From IMG/VR virus record IMGVR_UViG_3300010352_001575, positions 94,206 to 158,205 of that record: DNA of 64,000 nucleotides; one strand, 5' to 3'. Origin of the DNA: a virus. This document shows positions 1 through 9,484 of the stretch, piece by piece. Below the pieces are notes generated by a model that worked only from the letters and a program-made list of their open reading frames with translations, did not search any database and was not told where the DNA came from. The first letter of the stretch is position 1. Every line of letters begins with the position of its first letter. The position numbers and the translations under genes were made by a program.

Positions 1-13
1 ATCGCCTAGAATA

Positions 14-2344
14 ATGTTCGTAGGTCTACATCCAGACGAGGACGCGTCCACACTTGGTGTTGCGTTTTCTGACGGAAGAGAGTCAGTAATACTCAAGCGC
101 ATATTGTCCATGTGCAGCATAAACGAGTCAGACGCGTACTTTACTTACGTGGTTAAGTGTGGGTCGTTGCCCCCTGGCGCAAAGATAATAAAGAAGTGCG
201 GAGAATATCTTTTCAGCGAAATAAACAACGCCAGGCCAAAGCTTGTCGTGCTAATCGGACCTAAAGTTGCCAAGCACGTGTTGCCAGAGCACAACCTGAA
301 ACTAAACCTGCACCACGGTACCATATTCACCTCGGCGTATTATCCGGGTATAAAATTTCTTCCCATTAAGGATTTGAAGGCGATATTTGCCGATCCCTCT
401 ACCGAGACTGAGATAGTCAATGCCATAGTGTTCGGGCTTAACCAAGTAGGACGGGATACTATTGTGCCGGCCAAACGAGATTACTACACGTTGGATAGTC
501 TGGAAAAAATAGAGAAATTTTCCAAGTACGTTAAAAAGTACGACACTATGTCATTCGACATAGAAACCAACGGAGAGAAGCTTTTCTGGAACACTAAGGT
601 TTGCTGCTTCGCGGTATCTTGGGCTCCGGGAAAGGCAGCATTCTTCCCGTGGACAAAGTGCGTATATAACAACAATGCCTTTCAAGTAGTCCCGGCTTGG
701 TCTGAAGCTGATGGTAAGAAAGCTCTGGAAATGATGCATGACATTCTTAGAGACAAGCAATTGGTATTGCACCGCGGAAAGTACGACCTTAAGGTTGTGG
801 GGTCTCACTTTAATTGGACCGATCTTAACTACCACTGGGATACGGCCATTGGAGAAGCTACCTCGGACAACACAGCCATCACTGTGCTAAAGCACTTGGC
901 TTGGAAATATAGTGACATAGGCGGATACGAGCGACAGCTAGACCTGTTTAAGTTCGAGAACAACATTACCGGCAACTATTCTCATATACCAGATCACGTT
1001 ATTAGGCCCTATTGTTCTGGGGACGCGGATGTCACTTTCAGGGCGTATCTGGTTCAACAGAAGACCGTGGATAAGATAGGTGCCGATTTTATTATGCGAG
1101 ATATCAATATGCGCGCAGCCCGAGCCTTTCTGGGCGTGGAGCAGCGTGGTGTTATAGTAGACACTGCATACCTCAACAAACAGAAATTGGCGTATGAGAC
1201 TGATATCGCGGCCATAGAGCACAAGATCCACACTATCGCAGGAGTTTCGTTCAATATCGCATCGGCCGATCAGCTGGGAGAAATTTTATTCCATCGGCTC
1301 AAGCTGCCGGTCATAAACCTGACGGAAAATAAAGACGAGTCCACAGATAAAGACACACTCAAAAAGTTGCTAGGCAAGCATCAGATCATAGAGCCATTGA
1401 TGGAGTACCGTAAGAAGACCAAAACGCTAAAGACATACATATATGGTATGCTAGCTCGCGTCGACGAGAACAATCGAATACATACAGAGTACAACATCGG
1501 AGAGACTGAGACCGGGCGTACTTCTAGCTCCAACCCGAACCTACAGAACTTGCCGCGGTCTGACAAAGACATAAAGACAGCGTTTGTCGCCGCCCCAGGT
1601 AAAATAAAAGTAGAGCTAGACTTTTCTCAGATTGAAATTCGTGTGTTGGCAGATCTATCTAAAGACCCTGTGCTTATTTCGGACCTGCACTCGGGCGTGG
1701 ACATTCATAGAAAAATTGCTAGCTCCATTTACGGTGTGCCGCCCGAAGAAGTGACAGACGATATGCGTTCCAGAGCTAAGAGCGCTAGCTTTGGTATTAT
1801 TTACGGAATGAGCTACAAGACATTGGCAGAGCAAAAGAATATGTCGGTATCCGAAGCCAAAGAGGTATACGATAGGTTCTTCGAGAAGTACTGCGTTGCT
1901 AAGGCGTGGATGGACAGCGTAGTTCTGTTTGTGAAGAAGAACAAGTATGTGCGGTCTCCGTTCGGTCGTATCAGATACTTGCACACAATAGACCATCCCT
2001 TAGAGGAGCTCGCTAAGTCCGCCGAGCGCTGTGCTGTAAACACTCCCATACAGGCTACAGGTGCTGACATACCTAACTTTGCTATGTGTAAGCTCTTGGA
2101 CGAGATGCCGGAGAAGGAGTACGGCTACGAGCTGACAATGCAGATACACGATGCTATCGTGCTAGACATCGACATAGACAGACAATACGAGGTGGTACAC
2201 AAAGCCAAGGACATACTGGAGCACGCAGTGGCTCTGGCCGTGCCTACCCCGGTCGGAATAAAGGCAGGGTTCTCGCTGGGCAAGATGAAAGAAATAGAAG
2301 AGGTGCATCCTGACCGCTGGGTCTACAAGCCGGAGAAGAAATGA
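14..2344 (+). CDS. polA: Family A DNA polymerase with N-terminal uracil-DNA-glycosylase-like domain and 3'-5' exonuclease (SPO1-type architecture); probably 5'-truncated by the window edge
   Basis: ExoI SFDIETNG, ExoII HRGKYDL, ExoIII YCSGDAD; Pol motif A ELDFSQIEIRVLA, motif B RAKSASFGIIYG, motif C QIHDAIV. N-terminal YFTYVVKC...C..YL..EI..ARPKLVVLIG resembles family 4 UDG. The frame is open upstream of 14 (SPRIMFVG). Confidence 0.95.
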   Translation: MFVGLHPDEDASTLGVAFSDGRESVILKRILSMCSINESDAYFTYVVKCGSLPPGAKIIKKCGEYLFSEINNARPKLVVLIGPKVAKHVLPEHNLKLNLHHGTIFTSAYYPGIKFLPIKDLKAIFADPSTETEIVNAIVFGLNQVGRDTIVPAKRDYYTLDSLEKIEKFSKYVKKYDTMSFDIETNGEKLFWNTKVCCFAVSWAPGKAAFFPWTKCVYNNNAFQVVPAWSEADGKKALEMMHDILRDKQLVLHRGKYDLKVVGSHFNWTDLNYHWDTAIGEATSDNTAITVLKHLAWKYSDIGGYERQLDLFKFENNITGNYSHIPDHVIRPYCSGDADVTFRAYLVQQKTVDKIGADFIMRDINMRAARAFLGVEQRGVIVDTAYLNKQKLAYETDIAAIEHKIHTIAGVSFNIASADQLGEILFHRLKLPVINLTENKDESTDKDTLKKLLGKHQIIEPLMEYRKKTKTLKTYIYGMLARVDENNRIHTEYNIGETETGRTSSSNPNLQNLPRSDKDIKTAFVAAPGKIKVELDFSQIEIRVLADLSKDPVLISDLHSGVDIHRKIASSIYGVPPEEVTDDMRSRAKSASFGIIYGMSYKTLAEQKNMSVSEAKEVYDRFFEKYCVAKAWMDSVVLFVKKNKYVRSPFGRIRYLHTIDHPLEELAKSAERCAVNTPIQATGADIPNFAMCKLLDEMPEKEYGYELTMQIHDAIVLDIDIDRQYEVVHKAKDILEHAVALAVPTPVGIKAGFSLGKMKEIEEVHPDRWVYKPEKK

Positions 2345-2979
2345 TGTTCTGCTGCGACAAAAAGAAAGACAAGCACCTTACAGAAGAAACCGCCAATAAA
2401 TTTGGTGTTTTTTGCCGGCACTCTAACCCTGAATTTGACTTTAAGCAGTTAAACGATGTACCTGAGGACGCGCTCATATTCACAGTCAAAGGCCTGTCAG
2501 GTCGCACAGTAGGCTATGGCGCGCGAAACGACAGACATCCCTGGCTGTACCGGCCCATAACTCCGGGGCTAACTACAGGATATTCGCTATTCGGCGTAGA
2601 CCTGACCGCGGACGAAATAATAAACGAGCAATACGCCATTCTGGTAGAGGGCGCCTTCGATGCTATGATTCTATACCAGGAGGGCATAAAGAATGTCGTA
2701 GGAGGCTATGGCGTTCGTTTAACGCAGTGCCAGGCCGCCTTGCTGGCTAGTCTGTGTCCTACTGTTTTTGTTATGTACGACGCAGACAAGGCTGGGGTGC
2801 GCGCCGGGTACGAGTCTATCAAAATGCTTCGTGATATGGGCACGAAGGTAGTTATAGTATCCGGACACGACAAAGACCCAGACGAGTACATTTTAGAACA
2901 CGGAGCCGATAAGGTACTAAAACTATGCTTGGATCAATTGGACAATACCGAGTCAGACCAGCTTCAAATGCGCCTTTAG
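2341..2979 (+). CDS. DnaG-like primase catalytic core (Toprim), without zinc-binding domain
   Basis: Toprim motifs ILVEGAFDA, MYDADKAG, KDPDEY; upstream LIFTVKGLSGRTVGYGAR resembles the DnaG RNAP domain. Confidence 0.85.
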   Translation: MMFCCDKKKDKHLTEETANKFGVFCRHSNPEFDFKQLNDVPEDALIFTVKGLSGRTVGYGARNDRHPWLYRPITPGLTTGYSLFGVDLTADEIINEQYAILVEGAFDAMILYQEGIKNVVGGYGVRLTQCQAALLASLCPTVFVMYDADKAGVRAGYESIKMLRDMGTKVVIVSGHDKDPDEYILEHGADKVLKLCLDQLDNTESDQLQMRL

Positions 2980-3482
2980 ATTGGTACTTGGTTAGGCTAT
3001 ACACTCCTAAGCTAATTCACTCAGCAGCCAAAGACCTACACGACTTCCCGCTGTGGGTTCCGTCTACTATGTATGTGGCGCCATCATATAAGCGCCAGGT
3101 GACCAAATACTCGCCTATATGGCCTGAGTACATTTTGGTAGGTATAACCAATCACGCTAAGCTGGTTCAGCTGGACAAGGTTATACGCCATTCCAAGATA
3201 GCCGATGCCAGGTTTGTGCCTACCAAAATATCTGATGAAGATGTTGCCTGGCTGGATGGTAAGTGCCGCAAGCAGCTAGCCACCAAAAGCTTGTCCCTAA
3301 AGACCGGCAGGGATGTAGAGCTGATTTCCGGCCCGTTTACAGGGATACCTGGCCGAATCACTGCTAGCTATGGCAGCTGGATCACAGTACGAATACGGCT
3401 TGGTTGTGTACAATATTATATAAAAATATTAAAAAGTAGAGCTATAGCGCTATTATCGCCCTCTACAGCGTATAAAAAATGA
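2925..3482 (+). CDS. nusG: NusG/RfaH-family transcription elongation or antitermination factor
   Basis: NGN-like WYLVRLYT and PIWPEYILV; C-terminal KOW motif GRDVELISGPFTGIPGRI. Confidence 0.8.
   Translation: MLGSIGQYRVRPASNAPLDWYLVRLYTPKLIHSAAKDLHDFPLWVPSTMYVAPSYKRQVTKYSPIWPEYILVGITNHAKLVQLDKVIRHSKIADARFVPTKISDEDVAWLDGKCRKQLATKSLSLKTGRDVELISGPFTGIPGRITASYGSWITVRIRLGCVQYYIKILKSRAIALLSPSTAYKK
3408..3441 (+). promoter_or_regulatory. Repeated AT-rich motif, copy 1 (candidate late promoter)
   Basis: GTACAATATTATATAAAAATATTAAAAAGTAGAG, inside the 3' end of nusG, 37 nt before ORF 3479. Confidence 0.6.
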
Positions 3483-4117
3483 CCAAAACAGAACAAGAAT
3501 TACCTACCTACTCTGCATACTTGGCGGGCTTTGTGGCGTTTGAAGACATCTTAGACTTCGTCAGCAAAACCAGGCGGCCACACCCTAAGAATGCCGAGCG
3601 AATGATATACACCACGGAAACCATAGAATACATAGCCAATGCGTACCTATCGGCTAGAGAAAAAGTTTACTACGAAATGGTCAAAGCCCAGGCCAACTTT
3701 ATATCAGGGTCTGGCGACGATAGAAAGTCGAAGAAGCTGCTTCAACGCGAGCTGAGCTTATTGTTTGGAGTTCCGCAGCCAAACATTAGTGTATTCACCC
3801 GACGGGTTATGAGTAAGCTATCTTTCATAGCTAAACTCATAACCAACCCCGATACTGCTGCAGAGTTTAGCCGGCTTAAGGTTAGGCTAGACCAGGTGTC
3901 GTCCAAGCTTAGCGCCGCAGCTTCCTTGACGCTAGCTGGATATCAGGTTAGCAAAATGCTAGGCAAGGGAATAGCAGATATGCGCACCAGTATGACCGCA
4001 GTTGCTAAAATAATTTCAGACAATGCCTCGGAGTATCCACATCTGTATTCATATGTTTTAGACATCAGGAGAGACAATAATGCCAGAAGCAGAAACAAAC
4101 ACACCTCAAGACGGTAG
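3479..4117 (+). CDS. HTH protein resembling sigma-70 region 4
   Basis: YLSAREKVYYEMV...LLQRELSLLFGVPQPNISVFTRRVMSKL matches the sigma4 pattern LSEREREV...TQKEIA..LGISQ..VS...RA..KL. Confidence 0.6.
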   Translation: MTKTEQELPTYSAYLAGFVAFEDILDFVSKTRRPHPKNAERMIYTTETIEYIANAYLSAREKVYYEMVKAQANFISGSGDDRKSKKLLQRELSLLFGVPQPNISVFTRRVMSKLSFIAKLITNPDTAAEFSRLKVRLDQVSSKLSAAASLTLAGYQVSKMLGKGIADMRTSMTAVAKIISDNASEYPHLYSYVLDIRRDNNARSRNKHTSRR

Positions 4118-5465
4118 CGCTAAGAATTTAGTAATAGACGCTGCCATCAACGAGGTGAGAGCTTGGAGATCCAAGACCGATGTTTCCAATGAAAAGTTTA
4201 CTTCTCCTGAGGATATAAACTTAGCATTATTGGATTTTTCTGGAGGTGCTGTTAAGTACCTCGCAAATTTTCACCTGAATAATTATGTTAAAAACAGCAA
4301 AGAGTTATCCGAGGACACCGGGATAGATAATATAAACAATCTAGACGCCAAGGCTAGAAAACAATTAACTACGGTATCGGTCTATTCATCTAGCATAAAC
4401 CGGCTGAAACATTACTTTCTATACCTTGAGGGCTTGCTGCGAGATTCTCTGTATGAAAAAAGGTCTTTGGAGTTTAACCCGTTAGCTCCTCTAGACCTGT
4501 CCGTTAACCAGCTAAACCGAAAGGACAAATATAAGGGCGCAGAAAGGTTTATTGCATACTATGCAAAGAATGAGGGGCTCATAGCTCCGGTCGCAGATTT
4601 AGCTAACAAGCTATCATTAGACTTCAGCCAGTCAGAGGACGCGGCTACCGATGCTAACGTAGGTTCATACATTTCTCAATTTGAAGAAAAGGTAAGCAAC
4701 GTAATAGCGCAGCTAGAGGAATCCGGAGGAGTGTCTCCTGTTGCTCCGGTAGATTTAACCTGGTATCGATATGTGTGCGCAGGAGGCTTATCCGAAGCAA
4801 TTGCTAAGGTCGAATCTGGTGCTAGCATTGAAGATGTTAAGAACCAAATTGCCATAGCCGTAGGCTATCTAGAGGCGTACTTCTATCTACATTTCACGAC
4901 TAAGGCCTACCAGCGCCCGATACCGAGTCTAGCGGACTACATCGCGGCTGCCGCAGAGGCCGTGTTGGCCAACGCCAAAAAGTCTGAGGATTTATCTAAG
5001 AGTATAGTGGCTGTATCTGGAAAAATAGCAAGCAACGCATCTAGGCCGTCGTCAGGAGTATCCGCATACAGTCTTGACAGGCCAATAAACGAAGAGCAAG
5101 CATACGGAGATACCATAGCAGACTTGTCACAAAGTCCGTTAGAATCTTTGGTTAAATCTCAAGAAAAATCTAAAGAAGAAATTTCCGCTAAAATAAACTC
5201 GTCAACTAACAAGATACTGGAGAAGATTAAGGCGTCTGACTCTAACGCGTTCGCTCACATATCGGCGTCTCCAGCTTATGCGGATTATGTTTCGTTTATC
5301 CGTGATGTCTTAAAGCAGAAAGACGACAAAGGTTGGTTTTACGAGGAAGTAGCTAATAAGCTAAAGGACGCGTTGACCAAGCTGTTTCCGGAAGAAGCTA
5401 CAGAGTTTGACAATTTCGAAAGTATAAAAAGAGCAATAGACTACGAGTTAGGAGACATTCTGTGA
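4080..5465 (+). CDS. Hypothetical protein with a sigma region 3.2-like segment
   Basis: 461-aa ORF containing YSLDRPINEEQAYGDTIADLSQSPLE, similar to the sigma finger SLD.PI....D.LGD.I.D...SPE. Confidence 0.5.
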   Translation: MPEAETNTPQDGSAKNLVIDAAINEVRAWRSKTDVSNEKFTSPEDINLALLDFSGGAVKYLANFHLNNYVKNSKELSEDTGIDNINNLDAKARKQLTTVSVYSSSINRLKHYFLYLEGLLRDSLYEKRSLEFNPLAPLDLSVNQLNRKDKYKGAERFIAYYAKNEGLIAPVADLANKLSLDFSQSEDAATDANVGSYISQFEEKVSNVIAQLEESGGVSPVAPVDLTWYRYVCAGGLSEAIAKVESGASIEDVKNQIAIAVGYLEAYFYLHFTTKAYQRPIPSLADYIAAAAEAVLANAKKSEDLSKSIVAVSGKIASNASRPSSGVSAYSLDRPINEEQAYGDTIADLSQSPLESLVKSQEKSKEEISAKINSSTNKILEKIKASDSNAFAHISASPAYADYVSFIRDVLKQKDDKGWFYEEVANKLKDALTKLFPEEATEFDNFESIKRAIDYELGDIL

Positions 5466-6199
5466 CAGACGATATCGCCGAGGCAACCAACGCTGCGCCT
5501 CCGCATGCGGCAGAGCCTGCTACGCCGGCCGTAAACTACAATTTCAAGTCCATAACCGACTGTGTAGAGCAGCTCAAGTTAGAGGATCAGATACTGGCAG
5601 CATACGGGGATGATTACAACTATAAAAAAGTCATAAACCTGCTCACCAATATATCGGTCATTCCTAAGAAATATGTTCCCAAAAACGTGGCATCGGTCAC
5701 CCGGCTGTGCAACGCTCTTAGGAAAAGCAAGAACCCTACAGAGGCCAAGCTAGGGCTGCCCAAAAACATAGACCTAGTAGACTCGGGCTTCGAGCCATTG
5801 CTGGACGGTCTTGACGACATTTTTGACAAAGACAGCGGAGACGCCGGCGCCGCTCATCTAAATATAATCAGAGGTTGTCTAGTCCAGGTTATGAAACTAG
5901 AGAAGCACGCTCAGACACATCCAGATGAAGCACAACATAACGCGCTCATCAAATATATTGATCAAATCCGGCTGCTGATAGACACAGTGAAGAAAGCAGT
6001 AGACGAGAGAGAAAAGGCCAGAGACGAGATACGGCAGTTGGCAATAGAAGAATCAGACGCGCTAATGGGTGTTGTCCGGGATGTGATATATCAAATAGCG
6101 CCGCTCAAGGCTCCAGATTTTTTCAGGCTGCTAAAGGCCAAGCTAGGGGATAAGGCTTTACAGCCCGGCGTAGTTAAACAGGAGAATGCCAGTGAATAA
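5462..6199 (+). CDS. Hypothetical protein, candidate small terminase subunit
   Basis: 245-aa helical ORF just upstream of terL; positional inference only. Confidence 0.4.
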   Translation: MTDDIAEATNAAPPHAAEPATPAVNYNFKSITDCVEQLKLEDQILAAYGDDYNYKKVINLLTNISVIPKKYVPKNVASVTRLCNALRKSKNPTEAKLGLPKNIDLVDSGFEPLLDGLDDIFDKDSGDAGAAHLNIIRGCLVQVMKLEKHAQTHPDEAQHNALIKYIDQIRLLIDTVKKAVDEREKARDEIRQLAIEESDALMGVVRDVIYQIAPLKAPDFFRLLKAKLGDKALQPGVVKQENASE

Positions 6200-6455
6200 G
6201 AAAATTTTGCTAAAGCTAGCCATAAACCCAGGCGGGTTTAACTCTACTGATACAGACGGAGAGGTAAGAAGCACCGACCTACCCGTAGCAACCATAGTCC
6301 CGCCCACGGTAAAAAAAGAAAAGGACCAGCTAGACCTATACCCTCGGCCCCCGGCCGTAGTTGCTATGGACGAAGCTAAAGTAATAGACCAGGCCATAGA
6401 CTCTGGTAGCGTTGGTATGCCTGCGGCAGGATCTGACCCGTGCCATCAGCCTTAA
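6186..6455 (+). CDS. Hypothetical protein
   Basis: 89-aa ORF whose ends overlap both neighbours. Confidence 0.5.
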   Translation: MPVNKKILLKLAINPGGFNSTDTDGEVRSTDLPVATIVPPTVKKEKDQLDLYPRPPAVVAMDEAKVIDQAIDSGSVGMPAAGSDPCHQP

Positions 6456-9418
6456 AGCTGCTAAGACCAAGAAGAGAAATGGTGGGCACTACATATCGTA
6501 GAGCCTTCTACGACCAGTGCGTTAAATACATAGATAGCAAGTCCGGAGACAGCCTTCAAGAAATCTTGTGGGTAGAGGAACCGGTAGGCTGGAAAGAGTT
6601 TATAGAATCCCCGCAGCACCTCAATTTATTCTCGTTAACACCTAGACAAGAACTGTTGTTTGACTTCCTAGTCGGCGACGATCCTAAGCAGATGTTTTTC
6701 AACGGAAATAACGAGGCCATTTTGGCCTGGGCGAAGGGGTCGTTACTGGGTGGTACTGAGTTTATTACAGCAGATGGTATACGAGACACACTAGAGAACC
6801 TAGCCAATCGTCCTGGTAATTTGTCTGTATATACTAAGGATGACAATGGGCGCGTGGCTATTGCTCAAGCATCTCAAGTATTTAAGAAGCCTAATAAAGA
6901 AAACTGTTTTAGAGTGACTACTTCCTTTGGACACATTTCTGAATGTTCTGAGGACCATCAGTTTTTCACCACGAACGGATGGAAAAAGCTTAAAGAGTTA
7001 TGCGTAGGAGATTGGGTTTGCTCCGCGCAGCAAATACCTTTAAAGGCCCAGTATTCAGAATCTCCAGAACTGTGTAGGTGGATAGGATACATACTTGGAG
7101 ACGGGTGTATATCAGAAGGTCACCGAGCTCAGTTTTTTGTTTCTATACCGGAAATAGAGAAGGATTATTGCAATATAGTTAAGAGTTTTGGTGGGCATAC
7201 TAGGGTGCGACAGCACAACACCCCTAAGTCTAAAGTTGTAGATATCAAGTTCACCGGAAAGAGAAACGGTAATATTCTGGTTCAGCACGCCAAGAGATTG
7301 GGAGTTTACGGGCATACTGCGGAGAGCAAAAGAATACCTATAGAAATAATGTATTCCAGCGCTAAGTCCAGAATAGCCTTGATTGAGGCGTTGTACGCTA
7401 CGGACGGATCTATTTGCAGGCATAACGCGAAAGATCGTGCGTCTTGGGAAATTACTTATTTAGCCAAAAACAGAAAATTTATAGAAGATTTAGATTTTAT
7501 GTTGCGGTGTTTTGGTATTGTCGGTAAAATCAGAAGAGTACATACAGCATACAATGGAGAAAAGCGGTGGTACTGGAAGCACATCATAACTGACATTTCC
7601 GCAAATAAAAAATTTGCAGAAACATTCATCATTACAGGAAAACAGCATAAAGTTGAGGAAATGATTGAAGACACTCGGTTAGCTCGTGTGCAAGGGAGGA
7701 CGTGCCCTGAGACTCTAACAGAATTAGCAAAAAAAGAAATATACGCATTAGTTGGACGGCGCGGGTCGCAATTACGCGGAAGGCTTAGCAGCGGTCAGAT
7801 GCTCAACTACACCACAGCATGCACGCTTAAAAGCGTAGACAAGCTAGCCAATGAAGATTTGTTGTGGGAGCAAATAAAAAGCATAGATGCGTTAGGCATG
7901 CATCCAGTATATACACTGACTGTACCTGGGACGGCCAATTACTTATGCTCTGGCCTATTTCATCACAATTCAGGCAAAGACACACTAGCGTCAATTTTCT
8001 TGCTGTACTGTGTATACGTGCTTCTATGTGTGGAGTGCCCTCAGAGGATGTTTGGCGTGATGGAAGGCTCTAACATCGACTGCATTAACGTGGCTCCTTC
8101 AGGAGAAAACGCTCACAAAGTTTTCTTCGAATCGCTCAAGCAGCGGGCGCTGAGGTGGCGTTGGCTTAAGGATAAGTTTCGGGTGGAGTTGTCTGGAGAA
8201 TACTTAAACAAGGTTGCCGGAGAAAAGAAAAGCTCTAAAGATACTGTCACGATTACACAAGATGGTATTCTGTTTCCTAAGCAGATTCGATTGTTATCCA
8301 GAAACTCCAACCACGAGAGTGCAGAAGGATACAACACTCTAGTCGGTATCTTGGACGAATCAGACGCGTTTTCAAATAAGAAGGGCGTATGCAACGCCGA
8401 GACGGTGTATGACACGTTGAAGAGCTCTAAGAAATCCCGATTTGGCAGCATTGGCAAAATGCTATCGCTGAGCTTCCCTAGGGCAGAAGACGGGTTCATC
8501 ATCAAGCAGCTTAACGAGAACCTTAAGAATCTTCACGTGTTTACAGACACCGCCGCTACCTGGGAAATACGCCCAAGAAGTTCGTACTCCGCCAAGACTT
8601 TTGTTTTTGAGGGTAGAGAAATACCAGTAGACTTCCAAGACGAATTTGAAAAGAACCCCACCAAAGCAAAGATGTACTACCTAGCCATTCCGCCTAAGGT
8701 ACAGCAGGGCTTCTTTGAGTATCCTGACAAGCTTCGCCTGTGTGCGGATCCCGGGCGTAGTTCGTTAATAACCTGGAGTGAGTACTATGAGGGAGATAAG
8801 GTCTGCGCGCGCATAGACAGCATGCGGTCTGGCAGCTCTTCCTTGTCTTACGTTCTTACTTTGGACTTGGGCCGAAACCGGGACAAGGCAGCTCTCTCGA
8901 TGTCGCACGGGGAGTATCTCAATCCTAAGGCCCCCAATGAGTGCACCGTTGTGCAGGATTTGGTTATGAGCTGGATACCTAACAAGGCTAAAAAACTGAC
9001 AGTATCGTTCATAAACGTAGAGCAAATCATACGAAAGTTATGCGATAGGTACAATATAACCGGGGTGTGGTTTGACGAATGGCAGGCATATCAGATGGAC
9101 GAGCAGCTGAAGAAAGACCAGATATCTTCGCACACTCACGTGTTGCAGGAGCCGGACTACCAGCGGTTCAAGGAAATGTGCTATGTTCAGCGCGTGCAGC
9201 TACTGCCGTACGAGCCTATGCTTAAAGAGATGGAGCGACTGGTGCAGCTAAGAAACCGAGTTGACCACCCTGAAGGCGGAGAAAAGGACTTAGCAGACAC
9301 GATGGTCAGTGCGGTAAAGGTCGTGCTTAACCAAACGCGGTTTACTGGAAACTCTGATTTTCCTGATGTAGAACTCATAACACCCAACCTCCAGACCAAT
9401 ATGGACCCCTGGAGTTAG
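6440..9418 (+). CDS. terL: Terminase large subunit, intein-containing
   Basis: Walker A WAKG|SGKDT after intein removal, Walker B GILDESD, RNase H-like nuclease motifs LTLDLGRNRDKAA, WFDEWQ and DHPEGGEKDLAD. Confidence 0.93.
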   Translation: MPSALKLLRPRREMVGTTYRRAFYDQCVKYIDSKSGDSLQEILWVEEPVGWKEFIESPQHLNLFSLTPRQELLFDFLVGDDPKQMFFNGNNEAILAWAKGSLLGGTEFITADGIRDTLENLANRPGNLSVYTKDDNGRVAIAQASQVFKKPNKENCFRVTTSFGHISECSEDHQFFTTNGWKKLKELCVGDWVCSAQQIPLKAQYSESPELCRWIGYILGDGCISEGHRAQFFVSIPEIEKDYCNIVKSFGGHTRVRQHNTPKSKVVDIKFTGKRNGNILVQHAKRLGVYGHTAESKRIPIEIMYSSAKSRIALIEALYATDGSICRHNAKDRASWEITYLAKNRKFIEDLDFMLRCFGIVGKIRRVHTAYNGEKRWYWKHIITDISANKKFAETFIITGKQHKVEEMIEDTRLARVQGRTCPETLTELAKKEIYALVGRRGSQLRGRLSSGQMLNYTTACTLKSVDKLANEDLLWEQIKSIDALGMHPVYTLTVPGTANYLCSGLFHHNSGKDTLASIFLLYCVYVLLCVECPQRMFGVMEGSNIDCINVAPSGENAHKVFFESLKQRALRWRWLKDKFRVELSGEYLNKVAGEKKSSKDTVTITQDGILFPKQIRLLSRNSNHESAEGYNTLVGILDESDAFSNKKGVCNAETVYDTLKSSKKSRFGSIGKMLSLSFPRAEDGFIIKQLNENLKNLHVFTDTAATWEIRPRSSYSAKTFVFEGREIPVDFQDEFEKNPTKAKMYYLAIPPKVQQGFFEYPDKLRLCADPGRSSLITWSEYYEGDKVCARIDSMRSGSSSLSYVLTLDLGRNRDKAALSMSHGEYLNPKAPNECTVVQDLVMSWIPNKAKKLTVSFINVEQIIRKLCDRYNITGVWFDEWQAYQMDEQLKKDQISSHTHVLQEPDYQRFKEMCYVQRVQLLPYEPMLKEMERLVQLRNRVDHPEGGEKDLADTMVSAVKVVLNQTRFTGNSDFPDVELITPNLQTNMDPWS
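6740..7969 (+). mobile_element. 410-aa intein with double-motif LAGLIDADG endonuclease in the terL Walker A
   Basis: Starts SLLGGTEF (Ser1); block B CSEDHQFFT; LAGLIDADG motifs WIGYILGDG and IEALYATDG; ends LFHHN followed by Ser+1; excision restores AKGSGKD. Confidence 0.93.
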
Positions 9419-9450
9419 TACAATAATATATAAAATTATTGAATATAGAG
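9418..9450 (+). promoter_or_regulatory. Repeated AT-rich motif, copy 2 (candidate late promoter)
   Basis: GTACAATAATATATAAAATTATTGAATATAGAG, beginning at the terL stop codon. Confidence 0.75.
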
Positions 9451-9484
9451 ACAATTTTGATATTACCGGAGCAGGCGCACACAA

